A stretch of DNA of 64,000 bases from Utricularia gibba (lineage: Eukaryota > Plantae > Magnoliophyta): positions 1,302,001 to 1,366,000 of the forward strand of contig NEEC01000009.1 of assembly GCA_002189035.1 (NCBI GenBank), given 5' to 3'. Shown here piece by piece: positions 1 to 10,414 of the stretch. The notes beneath the pieces are model-generated. The model saw only the letters and a program-made list of their open reading frames with translations. It had not been told where the DNA came from and ran no database searches. Each line of letters begins with the position of its first letter. The first letter of the stretch is position 1. Both the position numbers and the translations under genes were made by a program.

Positions 1-439
1 GCCGCTGACACATTGTGATACTAAGGTGATTGATTGAAGAGATGAAAAGGCAAAGATAAACAAAAAAGATATATTTATAAATCTCACCTTTGCATTGAAG
101 TGGAACTCCAGAGGTGTTGCAAGCCTGAGGGAGGGAAATGGCGAGATTCTGGTTAATGGGTACCACCTGGGAGAGAATGTTGTTGCTGAGGATCTGGCAA
201 ATGCATTCTGTGCCATTGCTCATCAGTGACTTGAGAGAATTGCAACAGCTTTGGCTTGGTCTAACGGATGTCCCGTTCGTTGTGTTGCTGGTGACAAAAT
301 TCATACAAGGAGCGAATGCTGTGATCATCGAAGTGCTGCAGGGGAATATGGGTAGGATCTGGGACTGGACTCTGTTGGGGGCGAAGAGGAGGAGAAGGGA
401 TGAAACTGCTATAGCTAGGAAGAGTAACTTTGAGGCCAT
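1..439 (-). CDS. GPI-anchored non-specific lipid-transfer protein (LTPG), 3' end runs off the window
   Basis: Minus-strand ATG at 439 gives MASKLLFLAIAVSSLLLLFAPNRVQSQ (signal peptide), then C..C..CC..CxC..C..C (CSTSMITAFAPCMNF..SCCNSL..ECICQ..ACN..LQCK). GT donor at 87, AG acceptor at 21-22. Confidence 0.85.
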   Translation of the reverse strand, partial: MASKLLFLAIAVSSLLLLFAPNRVQSQILPIFPCSTSMITAFAPCMNFVTSNTTNGTSVRPSQSCCNSLKSLMSNGTECICQILSNNILSQVVPINQNLAISLPQACNTSGVPLQCKGEIYKYIFFVYLCLFISSINHLSITMCQR

Positions 440-723
440 TTTCTGGTTGGGAAAATACAAGGTTTCTTAACAGGGAAATGAAAATGAAACGGGGTTTTAT
501 AGATGGGAAATCTAAGAGTTGACAAGAGCAGATTGAGTTGATTAGCAGAATTGGGTTATTCTGGATGAACTACTTAACCTAACTTGTGGAAAGAAAAGCC
601 CAAGCCAGAAAGTTAGGACGAAGTTGTTGAACCTCCTCGGGATTTTTCATTACTTAAACCCCACAAAGTAACGCCCATAAAAATGTCTCCTTTCACTTTC
701 CTTCAACACAAACCACCTGAAAA

Positions 724-1238
724 ATGTTGCATCAACACTTCACACTGGCGGCCATTGCCGTGATCCTCATTCCCAACATGTGGACTGGTGTTGCATCTCA
801 GGCCAACGGCTGCAGAAGCATCATCAGTAGCATGTCATCGTGCCTGAGCTACAACTCGTCCATGGTGAGCGATTCCTGCTGCACCGAGCTCGTCTCGGTA
901 ATCACTTTAGAGCCACAGTGCCTCTGCCAGGTACAAAGCTATGGAGGATCCAACTTTGCCATGAGCCAAGAGGTTCAGGCTTTGGCCAGTGCCTGCGGTG
1001 TTGATGTTCCAAGTTTCAGTGACTGCCCGCGTAAGGCTCTTCCTTTCAAGTCGTCTTAGTTCTACTGTGGAACCCCAAAAAGAAAAAGCTAATCTTGAAA
1101 ATGTGTCAACACAACGCAGGTGGAAGTGGAATAAGACCACCGGCTTTCGGGATGCTATCAGATGCTTCTGGTATCAAGCTGAACACTTACACTGCGCTCG
1201 GCATCTTCTTCATCGGAATACCTGCGGCAATTTTCTGA
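724..1238 (+). CDS. GPI-anchored non-specific lipid-transfer protein (LTPG), 2 exons
   Basis: Exon 724-1030 has a signal peptide and the 8-Cys motif. Intron 1031-1119 is GT..AG. Exon 1120-1238 gives GSGIRPPAFGMLSDASGIKLNTYTALGIFFIGIPAAIF*, which looks like an omega site plus hydrophobic tail. Confidence 0.85.
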
Positions 1239-1446
1239 CATGGCGTGACTGGAAACACTAATCTTCTTATTTAGTGTACAGATTGTAATATGATTGGTTT
1301 CATTCGAGTCTTATGTTCTACAAGTTGAATTCTTAAGTAGAATCCAATCATTGTTCTCCCGTTCAAGACCAAAACAATCCGTTGTCGGATTAGGTACACG
1401 CAGTCGACCGGAATTTGCCTGCACGACTATTTGTATGTGTCGTGCC

Positions 1447-1553
1447 GCCACGTGTAAATTGAAGTGTTAAGGTGTCGAGCTCTGCCGCTAGCCACGTATT
1501 CCTTCGACGTTCTTGAAAAATCTTTAGCAGTCAACAGAGCATTCGTTTATAAA
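1447..1553 (+). promoter_or_regulatory. ABRE/G-box pair and TATA box of the LEA gene
   Basis: GCCACGTGT at 1447-1455, GCCACGTA at 1491-1498 and TTTATAAA at 1546-1553, just upstream of the LEA ATG at 1612. Confidence 0.6.
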
Positions 1554-1611
1554 GCGAAGGGTTGCAGAAAAACGAGTTGTCGAACTCTTGATACTTCAAC
1601 TGAGAGACGTC

Positions 1612-2477
1612 ATGAGCCAAGAACAGCCGACGAGTTCGCCGGAAGGGACCAAGCAACAGGAACCCATCAAATATGGTGACGTTTTCGATGTGTCTGGGGA
1701 GCTTGCGGAGAAGCCGATTGCCCCTAAAGATGCCGCAATGATGCAGGCAGCTGAGGCCAAAGTTTTGGGGAAAACTGAGAAAGGCGGAACAGCCGCCGTG
1801 ATGCAGTCTGCGGCAAATCTTAATGAAAACGTTGGCGCCGTTAGCCACCACGAGGTCACCGATATTGCAGGTTCTGAAGGTGTTGCCGTCACCGAGATCG
1901 ATATCCCCGGGACCAAAATAATCATGAAATCCGTTGGCGGGCAGGTTGTGGAGCAGTATGCTGAACCTGCGGATTCAGGGAAGCGCCTCAGGCTGCTATA
2001 ACGATCGGCGAAGCACTGGAATCACTGGCGATCACCGCCGGAGACAGGGCGGTGGACCATGGTGACGCCGCTGCAATTCATGCTGCGGAAAGCATGGCAA
2101 CCGGATCCGACGCCGTGTCTCCCGGCGGGTTATCGGCATCGGCCATGTCTGCCGCTGCGTTCAACGATGAGGTGTTGAGGAATGAAGAAAAAGTGAAGCT
2201 CAGCGGCGTGTTGACAGTAATATATATCTTCCACACTACAAAACAGTCATCCAGAACTGCGATTAATGTTTTGAGTTCGTGGTAACATGTCATTTGTGCG
2301 TAACAGGGGGCGGCGGGTATTATGCCGGCGGACAAGGTGGTGACGATGGCCGACGCGGAAGAGGTAGCAGAGGCGGAGAAGATGGGCGATCGGAAAATGG
2401 GAGTCCACCCCGGCGGCGTGGCAGCGTCCATCGCAGCCGCCGCCATGATCAACGAGGGCAGGGCGCCAGGGTCTTGA
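1612..2477 (+). CDS. LEA D-34 / seed maturation protein (SMP domain; RAB28/ECP31-like), with an apparent -1 frameshift near 1978-1980
   Basis: Motifs EPIKYGDVFDVSGELA..DAAMMQAAE, ITIGEAL..DAAAIHAAE..PGG and HPGGVAASIAAAA. Intron 2217-2306, stop at 2475-2477. Confidence 0.9.
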
Positions 2478-3173
2478 TTGCAACCCCAGTTTGTGTACTG
2501 TAGCATAAATAAATCCACAAATAAAATGACTTTTAACTTAATATTGAACCCCATTCAATATTTTTTATAAAAAAATTAAGAATTACAGATATTAAATTTA
2601 ATAATTGAAGGGCCGGGCCAAAGGTATTATGAGTGGAAGGTTAATATAAAAATATTTTATATAGAAAAATAATTTCTAATTTTATATGAGGTATTTTTCA
2701 TAAAAAATAAAACGTAAAATGGTGATTATTGAATATACAAAAACAAGAATTTAATGGAAAGTTAACATTGGACACCGCACTTCCGCCCCCTCGAAACTCA
2801 GAGTTCTTTATTTTTATAATATTTTAAAACTCAATTCAATGGATTCAATCTAATTGATACTGTTTAAAGTTTAGTAATATATTTTTTTCTCTTTTCATGC
2901 AAACCCAGAAAATATTTTGAAAAAAAAAGGGTTGTATTAAAAAAGAAATGGATCTAAATAAAGGGGCACGTGCCCTAATTTGGGTGCAGTTGTTGCCTAA
3001 AAAAGAAGGGGGCTAATTAAATCCAATAAAAAAGATATATTTGCTTCATTTATTAAGCGTCAAGAACACAACAATCTGATTATAGCAATAATGTCGACAT
3101 CCAACGGCATGCAGAAACAATGACCAGATGGATTAGAACAAAACACTTTTAAATTTTATGCACCCACCGGGGG

Positions 3174-4078
3174 TCAGTGTCCACCCCCGAATCCTCCTCC
3201 TAAACCGCCGCCGCCGCCGCCGCCGCCGAATCCTCCTCCAAAGCCACCACCTGCACCTCCTCCAAGGCCACCGCCGGCTCCTCCTCCAAAGCCGGGACCT
3301 GCGCCTCCTCCAAAGCCGGGACCTGCACCTCCAAGACCACCGCCGGCAGGGCCTCCTAGACCACCCCCGCCAATGCCGCCACCGAGGCCACCACCATTTC
3401 CAAAACCGCCCTCATTCCCTAGTCCACCTTCACCGCCCAATCCACCACTCCCACCGAAACCTCCAATGCCTCCGCCTACGCCGACGCCGCCGCCAATCCC
3501 TCCACCAATGCCTGGCTTCGGGAAGGGCTTAGGGATTGGCTTGATAAACGGCTTCGGGAAGGGCTTCGGAAACGGTTTACCGTAACCAACTCCACCACCT
3601 AACCCACCGCCTCCGCCAAAGCCACCGCCGCCGCCGAGAAAAGGCTTTGGTACCGGTTTGGGAAATGGCTTTACAAACGGCTTAGGAATCGGCTTGACAA
3701 ACGGCTTCGGAAATGGCTTCTGAAAACCACCCCCAATACCGCCGCCGCCTCCGTAGCCACCGCCCAGACCCCCACTGCCTCCATAGCCACCCCTGGAACG
3801 CCGCCGCCTCCGTAGCCGCCACCCAGACCACCACCGCCTCCGTAGCCACCACCGAGGCCACCGCCCGCCCCGATCAAGGGCTTAGGAAGGGGCTTAAGAA
3901 ACGGCTTAGGAAGGGGCTTAGGAAAAGGCTTAAGAAAGGGCTTAGGAAACAGAAGTGGTTTTGGTGGCAAGAATTTCTCATCAGACACTTGATCTCCACC
4001 CCCATTCTTCTCCCCCAAAACGGCAACCAGCGAGAGCAGTAAAATGAAGACCAGAAGAAGCCTAGAAACACACCCCAT
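3174..4078 (-). CDS. Secreted glycine-rich / Lys-Pro-repeat cell-wall structural protein (about 301 aa once one C is restored at 3790-3793)
   Basis: Signal peptide MGCVSRLLLVFILLLSLVAVLG, then three KP(F/L/I/V)x tetrapeptide blocks alternating with three Gly-rich blocks. Ends GGGFGGGH* at 3174. Confidence 0.8.
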
Positions 4079-4630
4079 GTTGCCTCACTTAGAACGCCAA
4101 CTTCATTCAAATGCTATTTATAAAAGAAGATGAAGAAGAAGAAGTAACTCGGGCAGCGATCAGATCACATGGTAGTCCCCCACACTTCAACTGTCTCCGC
4201 CTATCAAGAATGAGTGCATTTACTTCATCTCACCCACCCAAAATCACCTCCATCCACAATGCAACATAAGTCCAGCTCTGAGTTTCCTCATTTAGACACA
4301 ACCCCGCAACCCCATTTCACATCCTTTTCTTCTAACACACCAGAGTTTAAGAACTGAGTCATCTTCTTGAAACAATCAATTTCAAGAATCAAGAGATCAT
4401 TAGCAGTTATCTTGCGTTTCTGGGAATCATCATTCCATGTCCAAGAGAGAGTAAAGTTGTGGTTGGATGGAAGGGGGTGATGCCATTGCCTCATGCCTCC
4501 CATTAATGCGCCTACTCCACGCCACAACATGATTGGATGAATTATTAATTCCAGAGTTTAAAATCCACTTTTTTCATTTTTACATCAAAAAAGAAAAGTC
4601 TAAGTTATTTCTCATACATAATTCAGGGGG

Positions 4631-4652
4631 CCCCGCCCCCGCCCCCGCCCCC
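4631..4652 (-). other. Putative G-quadruplex / i-motif (G5-C-G5-C-G5-C-G4 on the minus strand)
   Basis: Plus strand reads CCCCGCCCCCGCCCCCGCCCCC: four tracts with 1-nt loops in an AT-rich context. Confidence 0.55.
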
Positions 4653-5017
4653 TTACACATTATACTTGTTTGAGATGCACCCAGTTATTACTTTGGAGTT
4701 ATGAAGCCAGCAGTACACAAGCACTGAATGATGCATGTTAAATTAGGGTTTGATTCCCAGTCTTATTCCCTAATTTGAACTACACTTGTGTAAATAACTC
4801 CTCACAGAAGTCAACCCCCTTCCTGCAGCTGCTCCATTTTAACTCCTCCGGTCATCAGTTCGTACAGTCGGGGAAAAAAACTCCGAGGAGTCCAGTCCAT
4901 GTGGGTGGGCAAAGTGGATTGCAGACGGGGGGTCCTCGTCGCTGTGGGACTGCCAACCTGACTACTCACTGCTGCAGGACAGTGCATCTCCATGAAATAA
5001 TAAAAAAGGCGTAGGGA

Positions 5018-5033
5018 GGGGGGGGGGGGGGGG
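5018..5033 (+). repeat. Poly-G tract (G16)
   Basis: Seen directly in the sequence. Confidence 0.9.
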
Positions 5034-6463
5034 CAATCAATTTTCACCACGTGAATTATGGTGTGCTGTGCACCTTCCTTTTCACTATTTCATTAAACAA
5101 ACACTTGAGTGTTTCTCGTCCTTCATTGTTGCTGACTCCTCTGCTCCGATTCGGAATTGCGGAGGAGGAGGAGGAGGAGCGGAGGCAAGTTGATGAAAAG
5201 GTTGGCGCTTTCAGGTGAAGGGAGATGAATGAAGCACGAGGAGAGCGGTGTAAAGCCAGACAGACAGCCGGACGGACAGCAGCCATAGCAGCAAGCTGTC
5301 CCATTAATCCCACTGCTGCTAGTGTCGGGCAACGCCTATCTGTCCGCCCCTCCGACTCCGAGTCCATGTTAACCTGCCCCCAGGGCTGCTCTGCGGATCA
5401 TCGACCTGGATCGGGGATCGGGTCCATGTCCTGAGAACCAAACAAATCGGCGTGCGCGGTGCGGTTATTACTGGAATTATGCAGCAAAATGATTTGTGGG
5501 ATGCAGCAGTAGCATGGGCACCTACCTAAGTGAATATTCCAGCAGCCTCGGCTCCTCCACTACCGGATCGTCATTCCCCCCTAGACGGAATCTTGGTTCA
5601 GATGCAAAACGTCAACAGTTTGGAATTCTTGACATTGCATGTTCCAATATGCATGCTATTACAATAAAAAAGATACTACAACAAAATTTGAAATTGAAAT
5701 AATCACATATATAAGAAATTATAGATTAATAATAATATGTTGAATCTAATTTTTTTTAATATAATTATTCACATTTATTATATACTTGAAATTTACATAT
5801 AGTACGTTGTCTAATTTCAATTATAGTTTATCAGGGGCAAACAAAACATCTATGTAAACTTATATATTTGATTTTTTGAAATTATTAAAGAAAATATAAT
5901 TTATAATTTATGAGATATCAATACAAGTCATCTTGTACGTAGCACTCTGTGATATTTGAAATCGAAGTAATAACAAATGCTTTCTACAAACTGGATGCTC
6001 CATCAATAAAAATATTAAAAAAAAATATATGATTACGAGGAATCAATATCTATGCAGTATTAAATTGATATGAATAAATAATTCATTCGTTTCATATTTT
6101 ATAAAATTGTATAACATAAATATATTATTCTAAATTTTATAACTATAATTTTAACATAATATAATAAAAAAAATATGTTATGATTTAGTTATTATTTAAA
6201 TAAAAAAATATTTAACGATACAAAATTTTTGAAATCTACCATCATTTTAAAACTTATTTATTTTTTGTTTTCAATATATTCAATTACTGAGAAAAAAAAA
6301 AAAAGGACGATTCCATTTCCTGAAGAAAGGAATGGTACAAAACTTGCATTTGCGTCCTGAAGGAATGAATATTCGAAACCCTCCCTGGTAATGAAAGAAG
6401 CAGCATCGGGAAGTATGAAACCAAAAGGAAGAAGCGAAGAAGTAGCATATCTGAGAGGAGAAG

Positions 6464-6673
6464 ATGCTGGACTGGGCGCCGATCCTGATGGGTTTGGTTC
6501 TCTTCGTCCTGATGTCGCCGGGAGTGGTGTTTCTGCTTCCGGGGAACTCCAAGCGGGTGGAGCTCGGGACTTTCACGACGAACGGGAAGGCTGTCATCCT
6601 CCACACTCTGCTCTATTTTGCGACCTACACCATTTTGATAATGGCTCTCCGTGTCCGGATCTACTTCGGTTAG
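6464..6673 (+). CDS. DUF3339 family small membrane protein (69 aa, single exon)
   Basis: MLDWAPILMGLVLFVLMSPGVVFLLPG..VELG...GKAVILHTLLYF matches the recalled family pattern MxDWGPV..LFVLL.PG..F.LPG..VEFG..TSG.SI.VH. Confidence 0.85.
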   Translation: MLDWAPILMGLVLFVLMSPGVVFLLPGNSKRVELGTFTTNGKAVILHTLLYFATYTILIMALRVRIYFG

Positions 6674-7208
6674 CCTGCCCAGGAACAACACTGCTGCTAC
6701 GCGTAGCTGCTCTTCTTGTATTTGCATTTGGATCTGCATTGTATTCATTCAAATGGGCCTTGTAACGAATAATTCCCAAGTAGTCGTTTCTGCAACTTAA
6801 TCCCATGGATACATTTACTCATTGTACCATTATCAACTTCATAAAAGTGCACCTTGTATTAGAATAAATAATCTTAGATGGATATTTAAAAGTGAAAATA
6901 AATTACAGATCATAAAATATTATATTTTTTTATGTGATTTACATTTATTATGTACTTGAAATTCACTTTTAGTTTCAATATGATACAATTTGCATGGTCA
7001 AGATAAGTTTAATATTTTTATGAGTTTGAATTAAAAAAACAAGAAATTGCAGTAAGGTTAAGTAATAAAAATTAGATTAAATTATGATTTAAGTATTGTT
7101 TAAAATCACAAAAAAAGTATTAAGATCAATTCTACTTGAGAATAGATATTAAAATAAACAATAATACATTAAAATTTAAAAATAAAATAATTAAATATAT
7201 AAAAAAAT

Positions 7209-7491
7209 TGTATATCATTAGAAATTGATTAAAACTAATCTTTTCTGATATGATCTGCATTTTTTATATAACTAGACTTCACATGTACTCGTACGATTTA
7301 TCATATTCTTAGGGCATGTTTGGTACAAGAGATTATATAATGAGAGTTATGGATTATTTGTGATTGATGTATATTAAGTATAATATTGTATATCATTAGA
7401 AATTAATTGAACTTAATCTTTTTTGATATCATCTATATTTCTTATATAATTTGAATTCACGTATGCCTGTACAATTTATCATATATTCTTA
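7209..7491. repeat. Degenerate ~103-bp direct repeat pair (7209-7311, 7387-7491) with a spacer beginning with a Tourist/PIF-like TIR; probable MITE remnant
   Basis: Both copies start TGTATATCATTAGAAATT and end ..TCATA(TA)TTCTTA. The spacer starts GGGCATGTTTGG, immediately after TTA. Confidence 0.5.
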
Positions 7492-7805
7492 ATTTCAACA
7501 CCTTGAATCTCCCAACTTATGAGAATAGAGCACAGTGTGTCAATCTTGACGTTGAGCCTTTTTTTGGGCCTATTTAAAACTGGAATCCTCGGCCAACCAG
7601 GTCCAACTCTAGGTCCACTTGGGGTGCCCGCCAGAAGGTTTAAAACGAATGAAATAAGTGCTACTGCCGACGTGTATAAACAGGGTATCAGAGACAGTTG
7701 AAATGGCTTGAAGAAGAGAGGCGGGCACGCTCTGTTTTCTCGAGGGAAACTGCTCTCTCTGTCTGTCTCTAGATTCCTTCTCAAGAGCCACTTCATTTTC
7801 ATCCG

Positions 7806-9596
7806 ATGGGAAATGATAAAGCACAGGACGAAAGCAAAGTTTTCTCTGTTCTCCGCCTTCTCAAGAGCCAATTTCCCCTCACCCTCAAACAAGTTTGTTT
7901 TCCTACTGCTTCCACTTTCACTGTAAGAGCTCACTCTTTGAATTCCTCTGCACCAGGAGAAGTTTTGCAACAATGCTTGCATCCAGAGGTTTCTCACGCT
8001 GAAAGGATACAACGTCAAAAAAGCAGCCAAGCAACTCAGAAACTGTCTTCAATGGAGAGACTCCATTTCAGCTGGTAAAACATTGTTCCTTTGTTTTTTT
8101 TCTCTCAAAGTGCTACCTCTTTTTCCTCCTCCTTTCGGGGCTTTTTGGAAGACTTCTCATTTCCCTTTCCTTGTCACTTTCTGCATCATCATCGCGTTCT
8201 GGAATCTTATTTTTTTTTCAATAAGCTTTCAACAGAAAGATGGAGCTTTCGTCTTAAAAGTAACTAAAGATGTTGACTTTCAATGTGGGGTGTTGTGCAA
8301 TTTCGTAGACAGTTTGATGGTGAATCAATTCTTGGGAGAGGTCGTTGATGGAGTTGCTTATGTTGCTGGGCATGACGCTGACTCCAGACCTGTAGTTGTA
8401 AGTAAACTAACTCATGTAATGTCACTACCCTCCCTGTCTTTCTTTATCTTTGTTGATTTTCAAACTGTGTTTTGCTACCTCTCCTGCTAGATATTGAAAA
8501 TCAAACAAGACTACCCCAAATCAAAGTAAGTACAAAACATTATGCTATACACTTCAAATCCTTACATATTCATCATGGAAAAACAATCATGTCTCAGGGT
8601 GACCAGACTAGTGGTGTTTACTCTTGAAGCGGCGGTTCGAACAATGCCCAAAAACGTCGATCAATTCGTCCTCCTATTCGACGCCAGTAAGATCACACTC
8701 TTTAGTTACTCTTGTATTCTTCATCCATAGGTGTTTTTAGTCCAGTCAGTGTGTGTCTGACGGACATTTTGAATGTGTAAGCATAGAAAAGTAGGATGGA
8801 CAGTTCTCAAAGTAAGGCTGCACAGCAACCTTTCTTTCAACATATGTGTGAAGCATGCGCAGAAACCGCATAAGATTATGATGATTTACCAGAAGGAATT
8901 TGAAGTGGATGATGAAGTATTTGCAGGCTTTTTCAGATCAGGATCAGCTTTCATGAATGTGGTGTTGGTACCGACACTAAAAATGGTTGCCGATTACTAC
9001 CCTTGTCGGCTTCACAAAGCCTTTGTCATCGACCCTCCCTCCTTGTTTCCTTTCCTTTGGAAGGTAGTGAGGTGATGATGAGTTGAGGTGAATCTGGTGA
9101 TTCAGAACGAATTCTAATCTTCTTCGAATGTTCTTAGGGAATGAGGCCGTTTCTAGAGCTTTCCAGGGACACCCATTTGGTGTGGCCGGAGGACTACCAG
9201 GAGGAGGAGGAGGATCCGGGACTGGGATCCTCTTTCAGGGCGGCGACGGTGTCCAAATCGTCAAGGTTTTCGGTCACCGTGTCCCCTCATTTGGACACCT
9301 TGAAGCCGTGGTGCTTGTCTTTCACCGACGCGAAATCCGCGGGTCCGAATCTCAACCCCAGGTCGCTTTCTTTCGCATCTCCCGGAGGTGGCAGGGACGT
9401 CATCAGGACCCGGAGTCCCCACGCGGCCGCTGGAAAGGCGACCCCCAAGGCGTGGACACCGCTGCCGGGATTCCTACAGTCGCCGGCGGCGACGCTGCTC
9501 CGCCGTGGCGAAGGAAACCGAGAACTGTTCCGTCCCTACCTGAAGTTCCACCGGAGGCCGTACGACGAGACGTGGTACCGATCCAAGATCCAATGA
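7806..9596 (+). CDS. CRAL-TRIO / Sec14p-like lipid-transfer family protein, multi-exon
   Basis: Spliced exons give MGNDK..PLTLKQ|[29 protein letters not shown]|..AYVAGHD..RPVV|..[23 protein letters not shown]|..[21 protein letters not shown]|[21 protein letters not shown]-like end. Confidence 0.85.
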
Positions 9597-10414
9597 ACTG
9601 CCCGCCCATATATCTAGGGCATGTATTTGGGCCCCCGATATTAAATTAATTAACAATTTTATTTAAAATTAATTAACCCATTTTTGTTATGTTTTTCTGT
9701 TCATTAAATTTTATTCTCCATAATTGGAGTTAAATGCACTTACAGTTCCCAACATGATTTGGAATAAATGATCTCCAGCAACAACCCACCCGGGCCCACA
9801 TCCCATATTATATCGAACTTTATTATTATTATCAGTACTATAATTGGCCAGATCCACATCTTTTTATTTATTTTTTAAAAAATGAATAACCTAAAATCGC
9901 GGTAAAAAAGTTAAAAAAATAACCTTAAAGGTTGGGTAAATACTGAGGAGTTTTTTTTTTTTTTTGGTTTGGAGGAGACAGAAGAGTAGTAAAAAGAAGA
10001 AGCAAAGGCAATAATGGTACAGAATCAAAGGGCTCCGAGATGGAAACCGTAGCAGGGAGAAGCTTTGGAGTTGGAGTTAAAGCATGTGACGATTGCTTTC
10101 TTTTTTCTTTCTCTGTTGACGAAGCAAAGCTGATAGTGATAATTCAAACGCCAGTCTCTTGTCGGGGTCTTTGTAATAAACAAAGAAATCACTTGTCTGT
10201 CATTTTTTTATTTTCATATTCTTCTTCTGCTTGACTGAAATTTACGGCACCCACTCCCCACCTCACGGGCTGTTGCTTCGGGACTCAATTTTCGGATTGG
10301 GTAGTGGGTAGTTGTGGCGGAAATCGATTTTCGGATTGGAAAATCACGTTTCTTGGAGTTTTAGTTTCAGATTTTTCATTTTTGCAAGTTTTGAGGATCT
10401 GGGGGTGTTGAAAG

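Noticed and set aside
138-470. 110-aa plus-strand ORF
   Set aside because: It is antisense to the LTPG exon, which has the recognisable 8-Cys motif and splice sites.
3158-4042. Plus-strand Pro-rich and Arg-rich ORFs (3158-3532, 3373-3585, 3713-4042) resembling extensins
   Set aside because: They are antisense shadows of the Gly-rich gene (GGN codons read as CCN). None has a signal peptide, and the TATA box and signal peptide belong to the minus strand.
4741-4776. Inverted repeat AATTAGGG...CCCTAATT as a miRNA or tRNA hairpin
   Set aside because: The stem is only 8 bp, it matches no conserved miRNA I know, and it forms no cloverleaf.
5400-5430. GHGPDP resembling a CLE peptide motif
   Set aside because: There is no RxVPxGPDPxHH/N 12-mer and no signal peptide in frame.
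6280-6806. Several overlapping ORFs around DUF3339
   Set aside because: Only 6464-6673 matches a family; the rest are alternative-frame or antisense shadows.
10040-10234. 64-aa ORF upstream of DUF868 as a conserved-peptide uORF
   Set aside because: No recognisable conservation; the composition is that of promoter or UTR DNA.
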